From Nemertoderma westbladi (lineage: Eukaryota > Animalia > Xenacoelomorpha), in assembly GCA_032718475.1 (NCBI GenBank), contig JAUCBJ010008528.1, positions 71,322-135,321 of the forward strand: a stretch of DNA of 64,000 bases, given 5' to 3'. Within the stretch, counting starts at the first letter, position 1; every line of letters begins with the position of its first letter. The notes under the pieces are model-generated. The model did not search any database. It saw nothing but the letters and a program-made list of their open reading frames with translations, and was not told the origin of the DNA. A program made the translations under genes and the position numbers. Of this stretch, positions 50,861 to 61,017 are shown piece by piece.

Positions 50861-52680
50861 AGGTCTCGATATTTAGCCACTTGACCCTCCACCATGGAAA
50901 TCGATCAATCTGCTTACTGGGCGGAAAAGCCAACCAACCACCAAGGTTAAGGCTGAATCACCAGCCGATCGCCTCAATGGTTGGAAAGCCCACTTTGAAA
51001 AGCTCCTCAATAATGACAGGGTATTGCCTGATAACTTTATAGAAGTAAAAGTGTCTGAGTCTGTACTCCCAGATATTCCCATTGGCGATATCTCCTTTGC
51101 AGAAGTGAAGGCTGCTGCAAAGAGCATTAAGACCAATCGTGCCAGTGGAGTAGATGGTGTTCCCCCTGAGGTCTTTAAAATACCTGAGTGTTTAAAGCTC
51201 ATCTATCCCATCATAGTAGACATGTACCGTACAACAAGAGTCCCACAAGAAATGAAAACAAATAAGTTGGTGCCAGTCCCCAAGAAGGGCAACCTAACAC
51301 TCTATGGTTCTTTTCGGGGAATCTCATTGATCTCGATTGCTGCAAAACTATACAATAGAATTCTATTAAATCGCATCAGGGATCCCATAGAGAGACTGCT
51401 ACGTGGAAATCAGAATGGGTTCCGTAAAGGTCGTGGGACCATGGAGCCCATTTTGGCACTTAGAAGGATAATTGAAGAGTTATCAAAAAAGAAAGACAGG
51501 CATCTGGCTGTTATCTTTGTTGACTTCTTCAAGGCCTTTGATTCAGTCTCTCGCTCACGTATGTTCAGCATACTTTCATTATATGGGATTCCTGATGAAA
51601 TTATTGCAGCAATCAGATCAGTATACGATGGTTCGACAACATTTGTGTCTACTGTTGACGGTGACACAGAACCATTTGAAGTGTTATGGGGCGTACTCCA
51701 AGGAGACACACTTGCACCATTCTTGTTCATTATTGTGGTTGACTATGTTCTACGCATGTCCTTAGATCATCATAATGATGATGGGGTGATGATAACTCCA
51801 CCTACTGGCTCCAGAAGTCGAGGAAATCCTGCCAAGTACCTAACTGATCTAGACTTTGCTGATGACTTAGGAGTACTCTCAGAATCATTAGAGGGAGCCC
51901 AGCGGCTCCTCAGCTCATTAGAACATGCTGCTTCTAGTGTTGGTCTTTTTATTAACTCCAGAAAGACCAAAATTCTGACAGTTAACTTTGAAAGTCCTCA
52001 GCAAGTCTCTGATCGGATGAGCATAAGCTCAAAGGATGGTATGCTTGAGCATGTGGACGACTTCTGTTACCTGGGATCATGGATCCGGAAGTCAGGTGAG
52101 GACCTTCGAATACGTAAGGGAAAGGCATGGGCAGCCTTGAATAGGCTTTCCAGGATTTGGAAGTCACCTAGAATTAATCGGAAACTTAAGGTCCGATTAT
52201 TTAGAGCAGCAGTAGTTCCAGTACTCCTCTACAGGAGTCCATGCTGGGCTCTAACTGCTGAGGACACCAAATCTCTGGATGGCACATTCACAAGAATGCT
52301 ACGCCGGGTACATTGTGTCAAGTACAATGCACACATCTCCAACCAGACACTATATAACATTGGAGGTGTCTCATTGGTTCCCCCAAGCTTGACACTAGAA
52401 CAAAATTGCCTCCGCTTTGCAGGACATTGCTTTCGCCGTGAGGACCAGCCAGTGCATAATCTTGTACTTTGGCAGCCTCATGGAGTGAATAAGCATGGTG
52501 GACAGCCCATGACTTTCTTGAGACGCATCTTAAAGGACACTGGCCTTAAAGATGCGGATGATCTAGCAAATGTCATGGGTGATAGGGAGTTGTGGCGGTG
52601 CAATTTTGTTGACAAGCCGGCACAGCATTCTTAAAAATGCAGCTGCAATGCAGCATGCCAATCCTAGTAGTAGTAGTAGT
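50861..52680 (+). mobile_element. 5'-truncated RTE-like non-LTR retrotransposon inserted in the BEL pol gene
   Basis: 7-bp TSD AATGTCG (50854-50860, 52681-52687), very short 3' UTR, (TAG)n tail. Confidence 0.93.
51024..52634 (+). CDS. LINE reverse transcriptase (5'-truncated ORF)
   Basis: KKGN...FRGISL, QNGFRKGR, FVDFFKAFDSV, GVLQGDTLAPFLF, DLDFADD, YLGS, LRFAGHC. No endonuclease domain remains. Confidence 0.93.
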   Translation: MPDNFIEVKVSESVLPDIPIGDISFAEVKAAAKSIKTNRASGVDGVPPEVFKIPECLKLIYPIIVDMYRTTRVPQEMKTNKLVPVPKKGNLTLYGSFRGISLISIAAKLYNRILLNRIRDPIERLLRGNQNGFRKGRGTMEPILALRRIIEELSKKKDRHLAVIFVDFFKAFDSVSRSRMFSILSLYGIPDEIIAAIRSVYDGSTTFVSTVDGDTEPFEVLWGVLQGDTLAPFLFIIVVDYVLRMSLDHHNDDGVMITPPTGSRSRGNPAKYLTDLDFADDLGVLSESLEGAQRLLSSLEHAASSVGLFINSRKTKILTVNFESPQQVSDRMSISSKDGMLEHVDDFCYLGSWIRKSGEDLRIRKGKAWAALNRLSRIWKSPRINRKLKVRLFRAAVVPVLLYRSPCWALTAEDTKSLDGTFTRMLRRVHCVKYNAHISNQTLYNIGGVSLVPPSLTLEQNCLRFAGHCFRREDQPVHNLVLWQPHGVNKHGGQPMTFLRRILKDTGLKDADDLANVMGDRELWRCNFVDKPAQHS

Positions 52681-53660
52681 AATGTCGGTATAAGTCAAAA
52701 CGTTACTCAGATAAGTAGCGTGGGCCGCTGAACCAGACCCACGGGTCTGATAACAGTAGTCCTCGGGTTCACTATCTGTCCGGTCGTTGTGAAGTGGTTC
52801 CGACAACCTAACATTATCGGGAATCAACTCCTCGTCCGACTCGCTAAAGTCACTATAGTGGTCAATACAGGTTCTCCTAAACTCGTCTATGTCTGGTGGT
52901 TCTACTAACGGTGGTTGAATTATAGGCTGTAATTCATCATATCTGTTCATTGGCTTGTCGCCACCTGTAAACTCATAAGACATGGGTACTCTTGTATACC
53001 AACCTAGTATGGTCCTATGGGCATGTGGTCCATTGACATGCGGTTCAGCTGGTCTCGTTTCCCATATTTGGTGTGCGATCAGCTGTTCTGCACCAATCAA
53101 CATAGAAACATTCCTATAACCTACCTGGTGTCTGGGTATCCTGAGCTTGTCAAAATACTCCTGTGCTATGGGACTCATCGGTGGCACCTTACCTAACTGC
53201 CTGCCGAATCCCTTCATAGCTAGACACTTAAATCCGTCCAATGGCAAAGCTTTCCGTTCTTGTCGAGTGTGTTGGTCTCTCGGAAGTAGGGAATCTAGTT
53301 CTACCGAAATTCTGTGTCCCTTGAGGTCTCCTACCCCATGCATAGACTTCAACTCTATTTGGATCTCCTCGGCGTCCTGGAAGCTAGAAACGGCTCTCGC
53401 CACTTCCTCGTCGATATACGATAATGTGGACGCAGTGTCCAACATCACATATATTCGCTTCGATCCCTTATCGCCAGTAAGTTTCACCGGAATCACGCTA
53501 AATATTTCCGACGTGGCCGATGATAAATACGTCCGCGCGCTGGTCGATGAACTATCCGCGGTGAAACCTTGGCAGGTTACTTCTCTCGCGCTCGACTCGC
53601 CATCCTCATCCGACGAACCTGGTTGGTAACCATCGTCCTGGATGCCAGTGTACGTATTCC
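52681..53660 (-). CDS. BEL/Pao aspartic protease region, continuous with pol once the LINE is removed; 5' limit uncertain
   Basis: IPVKL...VMLDTASTLSYI, MLIGAE, RTILGW. The reconstructed junction reads LTYTDIFQYSEEEL in frame. Confidence 0.85.
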
Positions 53661-56600
53661 TCCTTATCGATACGGGTTCTTTGCTCCCCTTCCTGTGAGG
53701 ATTTCGCTGTAAGTAACGGTCCGTTGGGGGTATGGAAATCCGCATGTAGCAACTTGTGATGTAGTCTGCCGCATTCCATGCATCCGTCCTTGCTGTTCGG
53801 GCACTGCCGCCGTACATGGCCTGGCGCAAGACATGCCCAACAAGTGTCCAATGTCCGCACTTGAACTCTTCTCTGTTCCGAATTTAATTCTTTGAACCGT
53901 CTGCAACTATCTAACTTATGATCGTCAGATCTTACCTCCTTTAGTAAACAGTATTGGCAACCTACAAATCCATCCGGCAACTCCTGTTGCTTTAACCTAG
54001 GTCTATCTAACCGCTCACCTGACCATACTCGCGAGTCTGATCTAAAGGCTGGGGTACTCGAATTATATCTGTCTACTGAGTTAAATGTCACAGTGGTCCT
54101 GTCGTCGTCAAAACTTACCATAGACTTACCGGTAACAGGTTTAGACTCCCTCATATTCTCCTCTGAGAAGTTTGATTTCATCTCTGCTACTGCGTCTGTG
54201 GCTATCATGTCATGAATATGCTGAAGTGTCAACACCTTACCTTGGCCCTCCAACTTATTCTCTAATTTGCGCCATTTCTGTCTGTAACGCATGTTTAAAC
54301 GTCTTATTACGCTTTTCAAAACTTCGGCGTGGTCACCATGATGAGGTAGATTCACCGTCCTCAAGATGTCCAATGCGTTCGAAATAGCGTTCGCTAAGTT
54401 CAACAGCTCTAACGGAGTTGTAATCCTTCCGCCCTTACCCAAGTCTTCTACTATCGACTGCGCCATCTTCGTTTTGTTCCCGTAGATGTCGCTAAGCGTC
54501 TTCATTGCTAACTCGAATGCTCTTTCATTGCCGACGAAGTTATCAGCAATGGCTCTAGGTTCTCGATGGAGCATCTGAAGCAAATAGTTGAACTTCTCGT
54601 TGGGAGTAAAGGTGCTGTTGGTTAGCTGCTCGTCGACATAGGTTTTGAAAGTCCTCCAATGCTTATGGTTGCCCATAAACTTCTGGGGTTGTTGCGTCGG
54701 CAGTCCTTGCCTAGCAGCAAACTTACCTATGTCCCTAAGGGTTGCGTCGTTCCGGGTTAACAAATGGTTTAGTTCTGCAGGGTTGTTAAGTCTGTTCCTT
54801 TCCCGGTGGTTCAAACTTACCTGCTCCGCGTCCGTCCTTCTTTCCTTATAGTTTCGGGACTTCTGACGTCTCATTTCTTCCTCTTCATCACTTGACTCGG
54901 TGTCAGTCCTTAGCGCTCGCGATGGTTTGCGCGCCGAGGCCCTGACCCAAGCTTCCTCAATAAATCTTTCCGCCGAATTTTCGAAATTGGGATTATGGAT
55001 ATTCGGGACAGGCGTCCTTACCTGAGGTCTATGTGGTATAGTCTCCTCCGATATGCGTACTCGTTGACTAGGTTGGACTTTATCTAACTCAGGCCTGCTG
55101 GGATTAGAATTACTTCTTACCTGGGCTGCTTCCTTTAACCGTAGGTTGCTAAGCATGTCCGTTATAGGTTGGATGTGTGGCGATATAGCTTGCGCTAAAC
55201 TAGCACTTAACTCATCCCTCGTAATAAATTCCTGGCTAGGGTTCTGTTGTATAGTCGGCTCTATCTGAGTAATCCGCTGTCTCTCATATGATCCCTCTTC
55301 CGGTTTAACCCGGAAGTTCTCCGTCGAACTGGGTCGGCGCTCCGTCCGCGTATTCCAAACCCGCGGGTTTGGTTCGCCAAGTACTCGTCCCGTCGGAGTT
55401 TCTCTAAACTCTTCATCGTCTTGTTCGGTGTATAGTGGTGCGGTGTTCCGATGACGTGGATCCTGCGCGATAGGTGAAGCACTAATACCAACTGGCGTGC
55501 GATATGTAGAGAACGGTTTAGCGATCCGTGTACTCGTAATAGCTGGACTGGGTATAGGAATTCTGGTCGTCGTCGACTCGCGTATGGTCGGAGTTCTCGC
55601 TTCCTGTTCGGCCTTCTGCAGTGCGAACAGTTCTCGCAACTCGGTCCCTACACTCGCCCCACATTCTTCGAGCATTCGCATCCCCTTCTCGGCGATTTCA
55701 TTCGCCTTCCTAGTCCGTTCTTCGCTCTCTAAACTTAATCTCGCACTTTCCAACTGCGCCAGTTTACGTTCTTCTTCTTCCCTCGCTCGTCTCGCTGCGC
55801 CCTCTTCTTCCACACGCGCCTTTTCTTCATACAACATCTGTCGCTCCTTCTCGATCTCGAGTTCGCGTTCTTTGCGCTCGCGTTCGAGTTGAAGTTCGTA
55901 TTCCTTTTGTTCGCGTTCCTTGCGTTCGCGTTCAAGTTGGAGTTCGCGTTCCTTCAGTTCGCGTTCCTTGCGTTCGCGTTCCGCTTGCTCGCGCTTACCT
56001 TTCTCTTCCAACTCTCGCAACTTTGCGTCTAACTTACGTGTGCGCTCGCGTTCCCGCTCGGCTTCCTTCCGTGCTTCCGATGCACGCAAAACCTCCGCCT
56101 GCTGTTCGTCCAGTCGGCGTCTTCTCTCCTCCGCCGAGTTGTGCGAAACAAGGGATCTAGCACATATAACCTTACCTCGCGCGTGACTAACCTGGGAATC
56201 GCCGCTGTCTCTAGATGCGTCGTCGGGTGGAGTCAACGTCCTCTGTTGGATGTTCTCCGTCGTCGGTAGCACCTGGCCTGGTACCACCACTCCATTCTGC
56301 ATCAGCCAGCTAGTAACTTCCCTCTGATAACGGCGCTCTTCTTTATCTTGGATCTCTTCCCGCTCCACTAAGTCTCTCAACTCTGCGTCACTCACCTGAG
56401 TCGCCTGCGTTTGTGATGCCCATAGCAGCCAGTTCTCCGTCCTAACTCGTCGGAATCGCTCCGATAACTCGCGGTGCTCCAACAAGGCTGCTAAAACCCT
56501 GTCGTAAATCCTCGTCGCCACGTCGCTCGACTGAGACTCTACTGCCTTCTTCGCTAGGACTGCAAGCTCCTCCGTCTGCTTGAATAACGCTGAGTTATAT

Positions 56601-57142
56601 CCTCTTCTAATCTCTACTAACTCTACCCTCCCGATGTTCGCTGAGTCGGCTAACATTTTCCTTACCTTGTCCGCCGTCCGGGTTATATGTCCGGCGTGCG
56701 CGCGAAGTTTCTTCTTTATCGCAATGTCGAACTCTCTATCACTTACCTGACTTACACTCGGTGGACTTGAAGGATTATTTCGGGAACTACGGGTACTCCT
56801 TACAGCCGTCGGGACCACGGCACTTACCATACCCACAGGTCTGGAAACCGGGCTCCGGGCTCTCGCTTCTGCTACACTACTCTCCCTATCACTCACCTCT
56901 GTCCGGGCTGCTGTGCGGTCCTTCCTTACAGTAGTGGTAGGGGATCCTAATACTATTACTTGAGGTTGTTGTTCTTCCTCACTAGTCACTGTCTCGTCCT
57001 CCTGTTCACTTACGTCAGCGTCACTCGCTGCGTCGTCATAGTCGGCATTGTCGTCAACAGTAATATTTACGCTATCGTCAGTCGGCGGTCCAGCCGCCGT
57101 CTCATAGCTGTCCTCTAGTGCCTCCTTGTCTGAGACACTCAT
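53606..57142 (-). CDS. gag: BEL/Pao gag (1178 aa) with coiled coil, capsid-like region and triple zinc knuckle
   Basis: KFMGNHKHWRTF...EKFNYL...L...YG capsid-like segment. C-terminal CQYC..H....C, CWAC...GH....C and CMEC...HH.LLH. E/R/K-rich repeats at ~55750-56120. Confidence 0.9.
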   Translation of the reverse strand: MSVSDKEALEDSYETAAGPPTDDSVNITVDDNADYDDAASDADVSEQEDETVTSEEEQQPQVIVLGSPTTTVRKDRTAARTEVSDRESSVAEARARSPVSRPVGMVSAVVPTAVRSTRSSRNNPSSPPSVSQVSDREFDIAIKKKLRAHAGHITRTADKVRKMLADSANIGRVELVEIRRGYNSALFKQTEELAVLAKKAVESQSSDVATRIYDRVLAALLEHRELSERFRRVRTENWLLWASQTQATQVSDAELRDLVEREEIQDKEERRYQREVTSWLMQNGVVVPGQVLPTTENIQQRTLTPPDDASRDSGDSQVSHARGKVICARSLVSHNSAEERRRRLDEQQAEVLRASEARKEAERERERTRKLDAKLRELEEKGKREQAERERKERELKERELQLERERKEREQKEYELQLERERKERELEIEKERQMLYEEKARVEEEGAARRAREEEERKLAQLESARLSLESEERTRKANEIAEKGMRMLEECGASVGTELRELFALQKAEQEARTPTIRESTTTRIPIPSPAITSTRIAKPFSTYRTPVGISASPIAQDPRHRNTAPLYTEQDDEEFRETPTGRVLGEPNPRVWNTRTERRPSSTENFRVKPEEGSYERQRITQIEPTIQQNPSQEFITRDELSASLAQAISPHIQPITDMLSNLRLKEAAQVRSNSNPSRPELDKVQPSQRVRISEETIPHRPQVRTPVPNIHNPNFENSAERFIEEAWVRASARKPSRALRTDTESSDEEEEMRRQKSRNYKERRTDAEQVSLNHRERNRLNNPAELNHLLTRNDATLRDIGKFAARQGLPTQQPQKFMGNHKHWRTFKTYVDEQLTNSTFTPNEKFNYLLQMLHREPRAIADNFVGNERAFELAMKTLSDIYGNKTKMAQSIVEDLGKGGRITTPLELLNLANAISNALDILRTVNLPHHGDHAEVLKSVIRRLNMRYRQKWRKLENKLEGQGKVLTLQHIHDMIATDAVAEMKSNFSEENMRESKPVTGKSMVSFDDDRTTVTFNSVDRYNSSTPAFRSDSRVWSGERLDRPRLKQQELPDGFVGCQYCLLKEVRSDDHKLDSCRRFKELNSEQRRVQVRTLDTCWACLAPGHVRRQCPNSKDGCMECGRLHHKLLHADFHTPNGPLLTAKSSQEGEQRTRIDKEEYVHWHPGRWLPTRFVG

Positions 57143-58321
57143 AGTCTAAATAATGTTTGCCTTCCGGCAAAAATATCTCGCAAAGTTCGAGATGTAATTA
57201 TAATTTAACCGAAATACGGTCAAATTATTTGTCAAATAATCAGTTGGTCCAAATGTCAAATAAATTCGCAATGCAATATTGTGAATTTAATGGGGTATAG
57301 TTATAGCAAATACTAGCACAATATTTAAACAAAATATTATTATATAGCTACTATATAGTATTAAATACCGGTATAGCACAAAATAACTTTGAATCTAATA
57401 CAAAATATTCAAAATATACTTGCCACCCGAATATTTCTAATTTTATATATATATAGCTCTAATCAACGTAATTTTAATTTCAAATATTATATGTATCCAC
57501 TAGCGCGTGGCTACATCTTCGGGTTGCGACTCTCTCTAACTCTCTCTCTAACTTGAGCGATTCAAAAAACCATGGCCGGCTAAACCTAAATATCCTAACT
57601 AATAAATTGAGTTCAGCTTCGCAGTTAAACAACCGGTAATTTTTTACTGCTTCCACAAACACACTGGTGCCAACAGAACAACTAACCTTGTTTGCTGTGA
57701 GATTCCACGTCCGCGTCCAAAGATTCAGGCCCTTCGCTGATTGCAAACCGAACCCGCAGACCCACACGAACCCCAAACTCAGAAGTTCCGTCTTGCCATG
57801 TATCTCCAGATGGTATAAAATAACTAAGCGGTTACCTAACATACCGGTACAAAACTCTAGAATTTTACAAAATAATTTTGACCGAAACTGAATTCTCGCA
57901 AACCTAGCTAAAATTTTCAAAAAACTTACTAATTACAATTTGCCCTAAGGCCTAAGGAACTGCTGTATTCGCAATTAGCAAAAACGCACTACCGTACATC
58001 CACTGTATGCAGTACAGTAAGTAAAACAGTACACCAACCTAACAGCCTAATGATACTGTGTGTGGTACGGCAAAACAAATGTCCCTTCTACCGTACGCAG
58101 TAACAGCAATCAGCCTAATGTACTACTGTACTATTGTACGCAGCCAGTGAATACAGTAATCTAAACTAACAGCCTAAAAGAATATACTCAATGTTCTACC
58201 GTACGCTAGCCTATAGCCTACAGCAGACGATCACGTGCTCCAATTTATTACTTAATACTGTGATACTACTAACAGCCTAAGAATACTCTATTTACTGTAC
58301 GCTACAGCCTACAGCCAAACA

Positions 58322-58333
58322 TGCACGTATCAC
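58322..58333 (-). other. Non-tRNA primer-binding-site candidate GTGATACGTGCA
   Basis: Directly abuts the LTR end at 58334, does not start with TGG, and is the exact complement of 59414-59403 (and 40982-40971). Confidence 0.6.
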
Positions 58334-60873
58334 TGATAAACAACCGCGACACCTATACTAACAGCAGAACTGTTGAACAGACAAATACCCGTTAATATCC
58401 TTCTGCCAACCTAATGAGCTCTCGCCTAACCAATAAGACACAAAGACTGCTCTACTGTTAAGTAAAGGGGATCAGGAGCGTGATATTACTAAATTGTAAA
58501 GGTTGCTAAATACAAAACCGCTACTTACCGTTGGATGGCGCTAATCTGCCGTCCGCTAATATATTTTACTAATTTTACACAACTCCTGCAAAATCGCTTG
58601 TTCCTTTCTCTACCGATTGCTCGACAGAGAGCTAACTGTTCGAATCTATGAACCACGCGGGAATAACCAAAACAATAAACCCGAGTCGGCTCCCTAAGCT
58701 TACTTAAGACGAGTGCGAGAGGCTTTGCACTCAGAGTATTCTTACGCCTAATTCTATCACTATTAAAGCACGCTATTGCCTACGTCTTTTCTAATCGCGA
58801 ATACTGGGGGTTCCCTAACGTATGTGTGAATGCGAGAATATTTAAAATAATCAAAATGGTACAGTGTTTGTCTCTACGTGGATAGTACCGCTCTGGGTCT
58901 AAACTTGCCTGCAGCTGGCTTTAGGCCAGCAAATTACTAGCGTGTTGTGTGTACCGAATAGTGCGATCTAGCTGATTGCCCGCTAATGCAAATAACCGCT
59001 CAGCGTGAATAGTTTACAGTACTCTAATTATTACTTTAGCTACTCTCCGCTATGCTGCGTACTAATTCTTAATTTTTACTAATCAATTACAGTCACAAAT
59101 ATGTAACAGCGTACTAATTACTAAGAGTTCCAGAATACGTAATTCTAATTTATTACGCAACAGGTTTCGCTAGTAATAGCCTAAATTGCCGTATTACTTT
59201 GACCTAATCAGTAACTAATTGTTGTAACTAAGAAATAGAAATCAATCAAAGAAAAGGGGGCGCCTACCTAAACATTCACAATCGTAGGCACACTTCAATA
59301 ACACACCAATCAGCGTCAGCAATCACAGTTCGCAATTATGCAGTTAACTACTGTATAGCCCACAGTTATGCGACTCACTATTCGTACTTCACACTCCACG
59401 TTGTGATACGTGCAGGCCTCTCCCGGGTACATATAGGACTCCTAACTAACCTGATTCCTGCCCCCCTAATACTAAATAGAGACGAAACCTGGATCATCAG
59501 CCCCCTAATTACCGTACCGGCGATTGGTCTGCATACCACAGCGTGAACTACCCGACCGCAACGGTGACCCCCCGCCAGCGTTGCTCGCTTTTGAATCCTC
59601 CGCTCTCCCTTCGTCGCTAACCCCCCGATGTGCCCACCGCCCACTGGCACCTTAGCCCTCCATTATGCTAATAGCTACCGTAGCGGCGCATGCAAATCAC
59701 AAAGTCTGACAGTCTCAGAAATCCCTTAGGATTATTGCGTAGAAAGGAATCACATAGAACCATTAACAAAAGGTAGAAATCATAGTTCCAGTTGTAATTA
59801 GCAGTAATCGTGGAATTAATTGAGAAACACAATCAAGAATAATCGCACTAGCAAAGCATTTTGAGAAATTAATCGAAAATAGCAAATTGCAGAAATACGC
59901 TAAAATATCCGTCAAAAATGAATAGGGACAGCTCAGCAAGTACAAGGGTGTGGACTGTGAGGTATAGAACTAGATACAGCTCTATCGGCAAACCGCCAAT
60001 TTATAGGTGATCCGGATGGGGTGATGCAATAGGGTGACTCAATCGCTCTCCTATTGGCTCTCCAGTCCGCGCTAGCATTAGACCAAGCTGGAAGCAGTTA
60101 GTCCAATAAGGAGGCCGGATTGTAGCCCTATCGCTGCCCAAACCTCGAATTATTACCATATATGGTAATGGATCATGTCCCTGGCTGCTGAATGGCCAGG
60201 ACAGCGTCCCTATGCTAGCCCTATTGATGCTAATATCAGCAAGCACAAAATCCAGGGTCCGACTAAACTTGCTACCCTGGAACTATCTACATATATCCTA
60301 ATACAAAATTACGTAGGTAGGGCTACATATTATACAAAATGGATGGATTCAAATATATGGGCGTTTTGGTTTCCCTATCTAAATATCACCTCGCTATTAT
60401 ATCTTATCTAAAATATTATGCTGCACAACGGACTAATATTACGTACAGTATAACGGACTAATATTGCATACAGTATAACGGACTAATATTGCATACTGCA
60501 TAATGACTAATATATGTGGATACAGCGCCATATACCGTAACACCGCTCCAAGGGAAATCATATAATGTTTCCCTCCAACTGTAGAAGAGTATAAGGTGAT
60601 GTATACAAAACAAAATAAATTTCTTCCAACTAATCTAAATACTTGATACTATAAATCCTACTATTTACAAAATATTGCTATAGATATTGCATAATGAATT
60701 GCATACAAATTAAATTTACAAATATTATCTCTCTCATTCAAATTAAATTTACAAAATATTGTTTCTCGTTCTTACTACATAATGATTACTACATACAAGA
60801 TCAAATATATAAAAAAATTTGCTAGGGCAAGTGAAAGGAGTAAGCCAAACCCGCAGGTTTGTCTCCCCAATCA
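58334..60873 (-). repeat. Proposed LTR shared between copy 1 (as 5' LTR) and copy 2 (as 3' LTR)
   Basis: Near-identical to 39682-42440 without the SINE. TGAT...ATCA termini. PPT at 60874-60890. Confidence 0.7.
59149..59642 (-). promoter_or_regulatory. Putative LTR promoter and R region
   Basis: On the minus strand, in order: GC box (59642-59637), CCAAT (59527-59523), weak TATA-like TATATGT (59435), candidate start ~59414, AATAAA (59154-59149). Confidence 0.4.
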
Positions 60874-61017
60874 CTTCCTTCGCCTCTCTCATAATATAAA
60901 TTCAAAACAGCTCAACTAGTGTATATGAGTCTAGTCGAAGATTTCTAAATGCTACAATATACATCAGAGCGACGATGATGTATATATCTAGAGTCTGTCG
61001 CCCTGTGCTATAATGTA

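Larger units (their letters stand above)
39682..60873 (-). mobile_element. BEL/Pao LTR retrotransposon, copy 1 (LTR - gag - pro/RT/RH/IN - extra ORF3 - LTR), antisense within the HDAC intron
   Basis: Direct repeats begin at 39682 and 58334. PR-RT-RH-IN order with BEL-specific motifs (YLPHH, KVRVVND, GPNLNN, FYMDD, FSDAS, PRAEL, NPADITSRG, TGVDCFGP, SDKGTNF, PWRGGSWERLV). Confidence 0.93.

Noticed and set aside
52573-52680. C-terminus TTTTTRIGMLH... of the 418-aa ORF, and the N-terminal MVEGQVAKYRDL of the 1249-aa ORF
   Set aside because: Read-through into the antisense strand of the inserted LINE, not BEL protein.
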